This document shows, one piece after another, positions 42,867-53,703 of a stretch of 64,000 nt of DNA. Positions within the stretch are counted from its first letter, which is position 1; each line of letters opens with the position of its first letter. The DNA lies in NCBI GenBank assembly GCA_020184695.1, contig JAANOX010000232.1, positions 124,001-188,000 on the forward strand, given 5' to 3'. The notes beneath the pieces are model-generated. The model was not told where the DNA came from, did not search any database, and saw only the letters and a program-made list of their open reading frames with translations. Made by a program: the position numbers and the translations under genes. This stretch comes from Histomonas meleagridis 2922-C6/04-290x (taxonomy: Eukaryota > Protista > Parabasalia).

Positions 42867-45743
42867 ATGTCAAGTAACCTTAAAAAAAGAATCATTGCTC
42901 TTATGAATCTTCCTGAAAACAGTAGATGTGCAGATTGTGGGGTTAAGGATCCACGATGGGCTTCTTCTAAATTGGGTATTTTTATATGCATAAATTGCAG
43001 TGGAATTCATCGTTCATTAGGAACGCATATATCTTTTGTTCGCTCATGTACTCTTGACGAGTGGAGGGAGGAAGAAGTTGAAGTCATGGAAAGAGTCGGA
43101 AATGCACGTGCCAATGCCTACTGGGAAGCACTCCTTCCCGCTGATTATCAAAGGCCTGCATCTGGCGACACCAATGGTATGATTAAATTTATCCGTCAAA
43201 AATATGAGCAAGAAAAGTGGGTTGACCATAATATGCAACCACCGCATATAAAACCGCATTCCAGGAAGCGGAAAGTTGAGAAACCCAATCAAGCACCATC
43301 TGTTCCAAATTATCAAAATCCCAATCAGATTGATATTTTTGCTGTAGATCCACCACAACAGCGTCCTAACACCAATGATCTTTTATCAGATTTCTTTAAT
43401 ACAGATTCCAATTTATCATCAAATCAATCAAATCATTATGATCCCTTTTCCAAAGATAATTCACCACAGCCCGATCCATTTCTTTCACCTTCTTCCCACA
43501 AAGCCATTCCACGCCCCACAACCACCTCACTTTCTCCACAGCGACGTTTGTCAGGTCGATTCAGCATACATCAAACGCAGCGCAACCGTTCGCCATCACC
43601 CGACGGCCACGACTCCATTGAATTGTTCGATCCCATTCAGCGGCAGAACAGCAAAGAGATGTCTGATTCGAGTGCATGTCTTTCTGATCAGCATAGCTTT
43701 GAAATTGACTCAAAAACAAATCGAAACAGTAACGACGGCAATTTATATGATCCATTTTCGACACTACAAGATGAACAACATAACGACAATTTTAATCCAT
43801 TTGAGAAACCGTTTGATCCATTTGAAAGAGATAACATACAAAATGATAAAACAAATAATAACAATGATATTTATGACCCATTTTCAAACAACCAAGAGAA
43901 AAGCGACAAAAATACAAATGACATTCATAATGTTTATGATCCATTTGATAAGAATAATATCAAAAATGAAAATAATGAAAGAAATCAAATTGAAGAAAAA
44001 GATGAAACGTTTGATCCTTTTGAAGGAATCGAGCAACCGAAACAAAACACTAATAACAACAACAGTAAAACAGAGAAGAAACATAAGTCAAAGAAAGGAT
44101 TTAATCCCAAAGACGCAAAGAAGAAAGTCAAAGGCTTCTTCGTGAATACAATTGGCGGCTTATTTAAAGACAAAATCCTCAACAAGAGCACAAAAGAACT
44201 TGTTCGTCCACAAAACAAAATCGAAAGTAATCCAAATGTTGTTGATAACAATGAACAAAATAAAACAGAAACGAATAATAATAACAACGAAATAACAAAT
44301 AATAATAATCAAAGAAAAAGAAGACATAGCAAAAGAAGACATATTAAATCAGTGCCTTTATTTGACCCGAATGAAGTCGAAGATATCAAAGATCCATTTG
44401 ATGATTCGAATGATTCAAATGAATATACATTTAAAAAAGATGACCAAAATGATTATATTAATGAGCCTGAAGTACCAAATCCATTTAATAACGACAATGT
44501 AATTAAAGATGTCTTCGACAGTACACAAGAATCATTGATAGAAAAACATAAATTAATTCCAAAGCCAAATAATAAAAAGCCAAAATTCGAATTCCAGACA
44601 ACAGTTATAGCTGACGAAGCACCAAAGATCACTCGTAACGCATCTAATTCACAAAAGTCAAATGATTTATTCGATTTATTGGACGGAGCAATTCCACAAA
44701 ATCAACAAAAACAAACATCAAATAATAATAATAATACTTCGAATAATGATTTATTTGATTTGTTAGATAATGAATCAACAAAATCAAGTAATAATAATAA
44801 GAATTCTCATAATGAATTATTGGATATTCTTGATCAAAATTTACCACCTCCTCAAAACAAACAACAAAATTCAATAAATTCACATGACCTTTTCGTGGTG
44901 ACCGTTAACAAAGGGGCGAACGATAGGAAATCAAATGATTTATTCGATAAAATTGATAACACATCTCAAAATTCAAAGAGTGGTAACATGTTTGAAAACA
45001 TTTTGGACTCAAAAAGTCAAAGCTCAAATTTACAACAAAATTCACATAGATCAACAAGTTTATTTGATGTGTTTGTTGAACCAGTACAAAAAAGTACAAC
45101 TTCAAGTAGATCAAATTATTCGCCCAGATCTAATGATTTATTCGACGCTTTGGATGAAGCACCACAAAATCAAAACGTATACTTTAATAGCTCACGAAAA
45201 TCGAATAGCGAAGTACACAGTATCTTTGATGAATTAGGTCAAAATAATAGAGTTAACGTGTCCCAGAAATCGAATGATTTACATGAACTTTTCGACCCTC
45301 CCCAAACCCAAACGAACTCCCCAAGATCGAATGGTTTACATGATGTAAACCAAAATAGGTTTAGCCATAATTCACAGAAATCAAATAATTTGTTTGATAT
45401 CCTTGGCGAGGCTCCATCTAATCAAGTTATGACGAACTCCCATAAGTCAAATAATTTATTTGATATTATTGACAAATCTTCACAAAGTCAAAATCAAATA
45501 AGTTCACACAAATCTAGCGATTTGTTCGATATCCTGGATGAGCAGATTCAAAGTAGTAGCTCTAACAGATCAAATAATATGTCTGCTCATAAATCTTCAA
45601 ATATGTTCGATATTATGGATAACGGACCACAGAAACTAACGCCACAGCCTCAACGATCGCCGAACGTGATGTTCGACGCATCTAACTCAAATCGACAGAA
45701 TAATGCAAGTAGCCCAGACCCGTTCTCTTTTATAGATTTTTGA
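42867..45743 (+). CDS. ArfGAP (SMAP/AGE2-like) with long DPF/NPF- and xNDLFDxLD-rich tail
   Basis: CADC-x16[26 protein letters not shown]..[10 protein letters not shown]. Confidence 0.93.
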   Translation: MSSNLKKRIIALMNLPENSRCADCGVKDPRWASSKLGIFICINCSGIHRSLGTHISFVRSCTLDEWREEEVEVMERVGNARANAYWEALLPADYQRPASGDTNGMIKFIRQKYEQEKWVDHNMQPPHIKPHSRKRKVEKPNQAPSVPNYQNPNQIDIFAVDPPQQRPNTNDLLSDFFNTDSNLSSNQSNHYDPFSKDNSPQPDPFLSPSSHKAIPRPTTTSLSPQRRLSGRFSIHQTQRNRSPSPDGHDSIELFDPIQRQNSKEMSDSSACLSDQHSFEIDSKTNRNSNDGNLYDPFSTLQDEQHNDNFNPFEKPFDPFERDNIQNDKTNNNNDIYDPFSNNQEKSDKNTNDIHNVYDPFDKNNIKNENNERNQIEEKDETFDPFEGIEQPKQNTNNNNSKTEKKHKSKKGFNPKDAKKKVKGFFVNTIGGLFKDKILNKSTKELVRPQNKIESNPNVVDNNEQNKTETNNNNNEITNNNNQRKRRHSKRRHIKSVPLFDPNEVEDIKDPFDDSNDSNEYTFKKDDQNDYINEPEVPNPFNNDNVIKDVFDSTQESLIEKHKLIPKPNNKKPKFEFQTTVIADEAPKITRNASNSQKSNDLFDLLDGAIPQNQQKQTSNNNNNTSNNDLFDLLDNESTKSSNNNKNSHNELLDILDQNLPPPQNKQQNSINSHDLFVVTVNKGANDRKSNDLFDKIDNTSQNSKSGNMFENILDSKSQSSNLQQNSHRSTSLFDVFVEPVQKSTTSSRSNYSPRSNDLFDALDEAPQNQNVYFNSSRKSNSEVHSIFDELGQNNRVNVSQKSNDLHELFDPPQTQTNSPRSNGLHDVNQNRFSHNSQKSNNLFDILGEAPSNQVMTNSHKSNNLFDIIDKSSQSQNQISSHKSSDLFDILDEQIQSSSSNRSNNMSAHKSSNMFDIMDNGPQKLTPQPQRSPNVMFDASNSNRQNNASSPDPFSFIDF

Positions 45744-46123
45744 TATTGTTGTATGGATGTGAAATTTGAATAAAACTAATAGTAAATATTGGCTTTTGTT
45801 TGATGATTTTTGGCAATTATTTGACTACTTGTTTAATACTTACATTCAAACTGTCACAAGGAGTATCATTCTCTGTTGTAATGTTAAGAGTTGCAACAGA
45901 ATTCATGTTTCACATAAAACAAGTTTACCAAAATGACTTTTGAATATTTTGAATTGGCCTCCATCGTCCAAATTTTGAATGAGATGTGGTTTCCGATTAA
46001 TATCAATTCAAAAGAAGACTTTTTCACAGGTAGGCCGTTGATTGTTTACGATTTCTTTTCAATTTTTTTATCGTCATCTGATTCATAGAAAAACGATGGT
46101 TATGTAAATTTGGTTTTACTTCA

Positions 46124-47455
46124 TCAAAGATTGTCAAGAAGAGCGTCGCCAGCATCACACGTAAAATTGGTGAACGTATCTTGTGTGTCTTTTCCAATCA
46201 AGCTTCCTTCGTCAAAAGAAAATCCCGGTGTTTCACCAGTGAAGGAATCATCGAATAAGGATACATCTGTAGCGTCCGAAATAGGTGGGATCCATTCAGG
46301 CTCATATTTCTTATCCAATACAGCCTTCCAATCGATTGCTGCAAAGAATGGATGTTCCTTAATTTCTTCCACATCTTTATCACTGCTGCCAAGCCTAGTT
46401 GCTGGATTACGATCCAAAAGTTTACTTACAAAGTCAACAGCTTCAGGTGACATCGATGATGGAAATTCAATATTGTCATTAAGAATTGCACGATACATTG
46501 AATTAACATTCTCATCATAGAATGGAGGAAGCCCTGTAAGCATTTCGAAGATTAAAACGCCATAACTCCACCAATCAACAGCTTTTGTATATGGTAATCT
46601 TTGAAGCATTTCAGGAGCTAAGTACTCTGGAGTACCGCAAAATGTTGTTGCCTTTTGGTCTCCGGAGACTTCTTTTGCAAGTCCGAAATCTGTTAAGCGA
46701 ATATGTCCTTTCATATCAATAAGGATATTTTCTGGCTTAAGGTCACGATAAATAAGTCCGAGAGAATGAAGTTGACCAAGGCCAAGAGCTATTTCAGCAG
46801 CATAAAGACGAACACGAGATTCCGGAAATGTCGTTTCATCTTTAAGACGGCCAAATAACTCACCACCAGGTACATAATCAAGAACCATGTACAGTTTGGC
46901 GTCTGTTTGGAATGTATAATGTGCACCAACAAGGAATGGATGGCGTGTTCTAACTAATATTCCTCTTTCAGTAATAATCTGGTCGATTTGATCATTGTCT
47001 TCAAGAACTTTCTTGCTCATTGACTTCATTGCATACAATTGCCCATTTTTCTTGAATTTAACTAATTGAACTTTTCCATATGTTCCACGCCCAAGAACCT
47101 TAAGAACTTCAAAGTCATCAAGAGTGGCTTTCTTTATTGTTTTCCTTTCGACTGTTTGTCCAGCTTTGATTGCTTGAATAGTGTCAATCCAGTCTTGGAC
47201 TAATTTTTGTGTATCTGCAACTAAATAATATGTTTTCCCTGCCGATGTCTCAAGCTTAAATGCAGGTTGCTTTTTGCAATCAGGAGCAGTGCATATGTTT
47301 GTGATCGAAGGAATATTTATTTTTCCTTTTTCCGAACTGTTTGGTTTGTTTGAATATATAAGGTCTTTATCAACAATCTTAAACCAGCGTCGCCCCCACG
47401 ATGTGGACTTACCAGTTTTTTGCTTGTACAACCAGCCTTCCATCACTGAGCTCAT
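46124..47455 (-). CDS. PH-domain AGC kinase (PKB/Akt-like)
   Basis: N-terminal PH (MEGWLYKQ..WGRRWF), GRGTYGKV, YRDLKPEN, TFCGTPEY, hydrophobic motif FTNFT. Confidence 0.92.
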   Translation of the reverse strand: MSSVMEGWLYKQKTGKSTSWGRRWFKIVDKDLIYSNKPNSSEKGKINIPSITNICTAPDCKKQPAFKLETSAGKTYYLVADTQKLVQDWIDTIQAIKAGQTVERKTIKKATLDDFEVLKVLGRGTYGKVQLVKFKKNGQLYAMKSMSKKVLEDNDQIDQIITERGILVRTRHPFLVGAHYTFQTDAKLYMVLDYVPGGELFGRLKDETTFPESRVRLYAAEIALGLGQLHSLGLIYRDLKPENILIDMKGHIRLTDFGLAKEVSGDQKATTFCGTPEYLAPEMLQRLPYTKAVDWWSYGVLIFEMLTGLPPFYDENVNSMYRAILNDNIEFPSSMSPEAVDFVSKLLDRNPATRLGSSDKDVEEIKEHPFFAAIDWKAVLDKKYEPEWIPPISDATDVSLFDDSFTGETPGFSFDEGSLIGKDTQDTFTNFTCDAGDALLDNL

Positions 47456-48294
47456 AAAAAAATTTATTTCAATTTTTCTATACTTAATTTCTTTACGGTT
47501 ATTACATCAAATAAACGTGCGATTGAACCAAGGTGATGTCATCATGAAATGTCCATGATCATCTTTTTTGGTTGCTATTCACATAAATATCAACAAATTC
47601 GTTCAACTTTTTATTACCCTGTTATTTTATGAATGAAAAAGAAATATGACGTAAAATTAATTCATTTAAGTTTTATTTACTTATAATATTCATTACCTTT
47701 TAATAGAATTATGATTCAGTTAAATCATTAATGCAAGTTTTATTGCGAAATTATGGTCCATTTATGGAATTTGACATGAATTTTCTACCAGAAGATATTT
47801 AAACGTCCGTCTTTGTTTATGCAAACATTTCAATTGAAAATATTGACTTTTTTTTTGGTACTTTTTGTAAACTGTTTAATTCCCTATCGACTCTTGAAAA
47901 AATTGAGATAAACTAAACGGTCACCAAAGAAATCACTTCACTGCTACTTTTTTCTCTCAATAAATTTACAACAAATCACAACATTTTCACTTTCGAAAAA
48001 GAATTCATAAAAAGCGTGTTGTTGGCTTTCGCATGTCAGCTTCACCAAGCGATTCGATATGTACTTATGGATTCTGATAGACCAGTTTTACTTGTAATTT
48101 GAGGATAAACTAGAAATAAATTATCTGGCATTGCAAATCTTTTAGAACAATAATAAAATTATCTTTAAAAGTGTTATGATTGTTAGGAGAATTATGTGGT
48201 GTTCGTGCAATCAAGTTGTATTAAAAAGGATTAATTTTGTACAAACTATTCAAATAAAACCTGGTATTTTCCTATTTGTTCTGATCATTTCTTT

Positions 48295-48423
48295 ATGGGA
48301 TTTTCTCATAGTGCAATAAATCAATATGAGAAAAATTTACAAATATTACAATCTCTTGAACAAATTATTTTTAATTTAAATGATGATAATGTTGATGAAT
48401 CTGTTGAATCTTCTTTAACATAA
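48295..48423 (+). pseudogene. Truncated N-terminus of a DUF3447/ankyrin family gene
   Basis: NLQILQSLEQIIFNLNDDNVDES resembles NLETLISIERLIFNLTKENINES of locus B; stops after 42 aa. Confidence 0.55.
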
Positions 48424-48503
48424 CGGCCTCCCTAATAATTTGATATAATATGAAATAGTGTTTTTATAAAAATTATTTTTATATACATAGTTCAACCATC
48501 ACA

Positions 48504-50159
48504 TTAATAACCGATTTTTTGCATTAGTTTCATAAATTCGTTTGGTTGTATCATAGCCGTACACCCGTAAGTCAGCTCTATGTTGTTTTTCTGAGCGATG
48601 TCCATCAATCCATTCATTTCCACGTAAGAACCTGGCCCAATTACGAACACGTAAACATTTCCAATTTCCGTTGGCTGTTCTATTTTACCTGTTTGTATGT
48701 TCATCAAGTTAAATCCGTCTATATTTTCCTCCAATATTCTTCTTGTTGTTTCAACAATAGGTAACTGTTGATACATTTCATTTAAGTTTGATTTTGACCC
48801 AAAACCACTCACATGCTTTAATAGTTTTTGTATATTTCCTTTGTTATTACTTTTAGCAATTTTAAAATTCTCAAAATAATTCGGTAAAAACTCAAGCGAT
48901 TGATCAATGATATCTTCAATTGTTTGAATTTCATTATTAGGGATTATATTATATAAATATGCAATCGATACTAATCGTAATTTATCATTATCATTTGGTA
49001 TCGTTTTAACAAAGTCGATTAACTTTGGAAGATCAACTCCATTTTGAAGAAAGATATCTTCTTCAAACTTAAATAAAGAGTCTAAATTGCGCGACTTAAT
49101 ACACTTCAAAAGAGAATCTGCAATTTTCGTATGCGTCAAAAGTGACAGCCGTTGATGCGAAAGTTCGGGAAAATTGTTAATTGCAGTAGAAAGATTTTCT
49201 TCAATCGACCCATACTTCGTTATGAATGAATTGACTTCTTTCCCAATTGTTGACGCAACGGTATCAAAAACTTCGAATTTGTTATCGATCCAAAATTTAT
49301 CAATGTCATTATCTAAGTCATATAACTTACCATCAACTTTAACTTCGTTTTTATTGATGCCGAGGTTGTCTTCGATTAAAGCTGCATATGTTGATGGATG
49401 ATGAAGTGGACCTGCAAAATCCATGGTCCGATCAAGAATTATAAGTAATGGTGGTCGATAATTATTTGTTTGGCTTCGCCTACTTTCCCATAATTCGAAA
49501 TTTTGTGAAAGTGGGCGAATTTTTTCACTTAAGATTGTGACAACAAGATGTGCAGCTTCATTATTATTTTGGAAAAGAACACGTGGGATCTCACCAGAAG
49601 TAAGAAAAACAGAGACAAGGCCATTGGCTATTGAATTTATACATGTATTGACTAAATCATCATTAGTTTTAAACCCAAATATATCATGGATAGTTGTGTC
49701 TTTCTCAAAAAGAGTGAAGAGATGTGGTTCTGGTGATGAAAAGTTTACATACTGATCAAATATGGTTTTGATGAATTTACTACAGTTTTGATTAGAAATT
49801 AATACAGCAAATTGCTCAAGAAGATCACTTGGGCATGGCGATATGAAACTAATATTAATAGATTCATAAAGTGAAATTGAACAATCTTTGGCAATTTTGT
49901 GAATATTTTCTTCTGTAGGTTCTAAAAAATAAATAACATCGGCATCTGGAATTGGATCTCTTTTTTTGTCAATATGTGAGAAAAAAGTAACACCAACCTC
50001 AAGAAGACGTGCAACTTTCATTAATGTTGTCAATATATAAAGACCACGATCATCGAAAATTAAAACCTTCCACTTCATAGCATCCTTGGGGTTGTTTGAA
50101 ACAGCTTCATTAAGATTTAGAATACGTTGTATTAGTTCTCTTTGTTTCTTTCTCAGCAT
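48504..50159 (-). CDS. SLY1: Sec1/Munc18 family protein, Sly1-like
   Basis: MLRKKQRELIQRILNLN..WKVLIFD..GVTFF..PDADVIYFLEPTEENI..LIILDRTMDFAGPLHHPSTYAALIED; ATG at 50159. Confidence 0.85.
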   Translation of the reverse strand: MLRKKQRELIQRILNLNEAVSNNPKDAMKWKVLIFDDRGLYILTTLMKVARLLEVGVTFFSHIDKKRDPIPDADVIYFLEPTEENIHKIAKDCSISLYESINISFISPCPSDLLEQFAVLISNQNCSKFIKTIFDQYVNFSSPEPHLFTLFEKDTTIHDIFGFKTNDDLVNTCINSIANGLVSVFLTSGEIPRVLFQNNNEAAHLVVTILSEKIRPLSQNFELWESRRSQTNNYRPPLLIILDRTMDFAGPLHHPSTYAALIEDNLGINKNEVKVDGKLYDLDNDIDKFWIDNKFEVFDTVASTIGKEVNSFITKYGSIEENLSTAINNFPELSHQRLSLLTHTKIADSLLKCIKSRNLDSLFKFEEDIFLQNGVDLPKLIDFVKTIPNDNDKLRLVSIAYLYNIIPNNEIQTIEDIIDQSLEFLPNYFENFKIAKSNNKGNIQKLLKHVSGFGSKSNLNEMYQQLPIVETTRRILEENIDGFNLMNIQTGKIEQPTEIGNVYVFVIGPGSYVEMNGLMDIAQKNNIELTYGCTAMIQPNEFMKLMQKIGY

Positions 50160-50315
50160 TGAATTGACAATGTTTGTTTGTAACAAAAAAATTAATTTGG
50201 TAAAAAAAGAGGAAAAAAAAGCATTGATAAAATGAAATTTTTCAAAATGCAACTCATTAGCATTTTACATTTATTCAAAAAATAAAAATAGTTTAACAAA
50301 AACAATTATAATTTA

Positions 50316-50705
50316 TTATTGATTTGGTGGATTTCCTTTTTCAGCAAGTAAGCGAGCTATAACGCGTTTTGCTGCTTCTTTCTCGTAAAGTGCAGTTGAT
50401 AGTTCTCTTTGAGCAGTTGCAAGTTTTAAGCGTAAATCATGCATTTCTCCAAGTGCTGCTTCATATTCTGTTTGTAAAGCTGCTAGTAATTCAACAAATG
50501 ACGTTGCTCTTAATGTCCCTGTGGGTGGATGTATTGGTTCAACTTCGAGTTCTTGGAGTGAAATTGATGATAATTGCTGGTGACAAACTGGACATGTGTT
50601 GTTATGTTGTAGATATGACTCTATTGCAGATTTTTCAAAAATGTGTCTGCATGGAGTGATTACAGGTGAATGAACAATTTGCCCTGTTAACCTGCAAAGA
50701 AGCAT
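50316..50705 (-). CDS. PRP19: Prp19-like U-box plus tetramerisation coiled coil, without WD40
   Basis: HIFEKSAIESYL..ATSFVELLAALQTEYEA..LRLKLATAQRELSTALYEKEAAKRVIARLL matches the Prp19 N-terminal half. Confidence 0.8.
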   Translation of the reverse strand: MLLCRLTGQIVHSPVITPCRHIFEKSAIESYLQHNNTCPVCHQQLSSISLQELEVEPIHPPTGTLRATSFVELLAALQTEYEAALGEMHDLRLKLATAQRELSTALYEKEAAKRVIARLLAEKGNPPNQ

Positions 50706-51697
50706 ATTTGAATTGACTTAGTATGGCTGAACATTAACGGTTGTCAGAAAAAGTGTCCATATGCAAAATTGGCTGCAGAAAGGTTCCCCAACGATAGAAT
50801 CGAATGAATGAAAAATCATCGGATTTATATTCAAAAACTGAAGTAAACCTTTCTGCAACCACATCAACTGTTTAACAACATAGGAAATTTTCGGTACTAT
50901 TTTCTTAATCTATATGGATATAGTGTTTTAATTTTTTTATTTGAAGCCCTTACTTTTTTATCTATTTTTTAAAATAACAACGAATTGATTATATTGTTTT
51001 AATCAAATTCAAACAAAAGAAAAAACATTCAACACCATCACTTGAATTACAATGAAATACATACATCGCAAGCTATTAAAAACTTAGTGATAATGTAATT
51101 AGAGATTTGTAATTCTATACTTTACGACAAACGATAAACCATTGGATTCACGCTCAAATGAAACGAAAGATTATTAACGATAGATTAAAATGAATCAAAA
51201 ATAATCGGTGTTGAATTCAAAAACTTGTGACGATTGGAGGCATCGCACTGTTCAGCAAACCTTCGCGCTTTCTCCAATTATAATGAAATGATCTGAAACT
51301 TATTGTTCTATAAATATAATGATGCCTTCTCGATAAATAAACAAAGGATTGGTTCTTAAAAATGTTAGTTAAATTGCTCGAAATTGCGATAATTCTTTTT
51401 CAATTTGACAGAAAACGTCAGAACCGATACTCTCTCAATTATCTGTTTTCATCACAACACGAATATCTGCATCAATACGTGACAAACATCTAATTAATTC
51501 AGAAATTATTTCATCAAATTATTAATAAATTCGTAACTCTTAAATCAACCAAAAATAATTTCTCTTTATCACAAAAATATCATTTTAAGATCATTTTTTG
51601 AATTTTCCTGCGTTCACAAGTCATTCAAATTGAAATTTAACCCCAATTTTTCAATAGTTCTTGAGGAGCAAACAAAAGTTTTTATCTCACTTCTCTC

Positions 51698-52570
51698 ATG
51701 GGTAATCTTCCAAGCCAAGAAGTATTAGACAAAGTTGCCAAATCAGTTGATGTTCATATGAACGATGGTTTCAAGAAGAAAGATTTCCAACAACATCGTG
51801 GCGTAAACACAATCGAAGGTGCACTTAAATTCTTAAACATGATTGCTTGCGATCTCTCAAAACAAGACTACAACAAGTCGCCACCGAAGGAGCTATGTAA
51901 AGATAAGGTTTTGTTCATATGTTGCAACACATACACAAAGCCAAAATATCAACTCGGTGTTGGTCCTTTGAATGATTCCATCACATGCGCTGTCAATCAC
52001 ATCAGAAGAGGCTTCAAGGTTTACTTCTTGCATAATTCTACACCACACATTTTCATGAGATGGCTTAGATATATCCTCAAGAATTTCCAAAACACTCTTT
52101 CTGTATTCTACACTGGCCATGGCGCATCAATTAAGGATGTCTCTGGTGATGAAGATGATGGTTATGATGAATGCATGGTTTTCGATCATGGATATGTTCT
52201 TGATGATGACCTTGCAAAGCAATTATCCAGCTATGCAAAGAACGGACACCGTGTTCTCCTTCTCACTGATTGTTGCCACTCTGGATCAATTTGGGATATT
52301 CAATCCAACCCACTCAAAAGAGATAAGCTTCCAAATAATATCATGTCAATTTCTGCTGCTAAGGATGATCAAACTGCTAAGCAAACAAAGATGAATCAAA
52401 AAGATCAAGGTATATTTTCTTATTACTTTTGGAAAATCTTGAACGAGAATCCAAAGATCACAAGTCGACAAATGGCTGCAAAGATCAATCCATTACTTAC
52501 TAAGTATCATCAGTGCTACACTGATGCAACAACATCACCTCAAATGCTTGACGAACCGATTTTCGAATAA
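51698..52570 (+). CDS. Metacaspase (peptidase C14B)
   Basis: Catalytic dyad YTGHG and TDCCHSG; DEDDGYDECMV. Confidence 0.92.
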   Translation: MGNLPSQEVLDKVAKSVDVHMNDGFKKKDFQQHRGVNTIEGALKFLNMIACDLSKQDYNKSPPKELCKDKVLFICCNTYTKPKYQLGVGPLNDSITCAVNHIRRGFKVYFLHNSTPHIFMRWLRYILKNFQNTLSVFYTGHGASIKDVSGDEDDGYDECMVFDHGYVLDDDLAKQLSSYAKNGHRVLLLTDCCHSGSIWDIQSNPLKRDKLPNNIMSISAAKDDQTAKQTKMNQKDQGIFSYYFWKILNENPKITSRQMAAKINPLLTKYHQCYTDATTSPQMLDEPIFE

Positions 52571-53703
52571 ACGAAATCATTTCTGACTTTGTAATTGTTT
52601 GTAAAAGTATTTAATAAATCTTCAAAAGCAGCGCGTGCAGTAACCAAAGTTGTGCAGTGGCACTTTCCATCGGATTTAAATGTTTTACATTGCGTTTTCT
52701 CAAAATTTTGAGTTAATTCAGTGCGGTTACACTGAAAAATATAAAAATGGAACCTGATCGTTCTCAAAATTCTATGGATGTTAAGCTTTTTATCACATAT
52801 CATCGTCGAAAAGTTCCAAAACTTATGAGAAAAATTTAATATTAACAAATAAATTAAGCCAAAATGTATAAGAATAATTTATTCTTAAAACGACATGAAG
52901 TAACATATTTTTAATGACTTTTATTATAGAATTTGAATAATTTTAAAATTTATGCTTGAGTTGTCATTCATGATTTTATTGATTAATGAAGTTGCTATAC
53001 AAATGTAATGACTTTCAAGAATCGATATTCATTTTCTTGATATGTAAAGCAGTTGCTTATTAATCAACAAGTTATTATCTACTATATCCTTATGATAAAA
53101 TAGTAGTAAAATATTTTGATAATAAAGAAAATATTAACGAAAATAATATTCAAAACAGAAATAGATAATGAAATAAATAATAATTTACAACAAATGATAC
53201 ATGTTAAAGATTTACTTCTAGAAGCTTTAATATTATGTTTAGATATTTTTGAAAATAACTTATTAATAGTTAAAAAATATATTTATAGCTGATGAAGATG
53301 ATCTAACTAAATAAATCCAATTATTAACAAATACTAACGAAATAAAACAAATAAAATATAGTTATTCAGATGTTATAGAGTTTATTAGTATAAGGCATAT
53401 TCGTTTAAACGAAGTTTGTCAAATCTACTGGTATTACTTATAAGCATTCATTATTTTATGAACATAACATAAATTTCCTCAATTGGGTTTTATAATGTTA
53501 TATATTTTAATATTATTCACAACATATATAATTAATAATACTTCAAAAACATTATGTTATATATATTCTAAGTAACGTCATGAATGTGATGAATACGTAT
53601 CCCGAATGCGACCGAAGACTTCGTCCGACTTCTATTTCTATCCAAAGTTTTATTACATTAAAATAATTATTTACAAATTTATTTCTTTATTAATTTCATA
53701 TAG

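Noticed and set aside
47640-48290. Coding-like fragments in intergenic DNA (also 6180-6600, 10320-10560 and 51180-51480)
   Set aside because: Too degraded to assign a family or boundaries
53595-53635. CGAAG-A-CTTCG mini-hairpin in a small GC-rich patch
   Set aside because: Only a 5-bp stem, with no partner repeat or larger structure found
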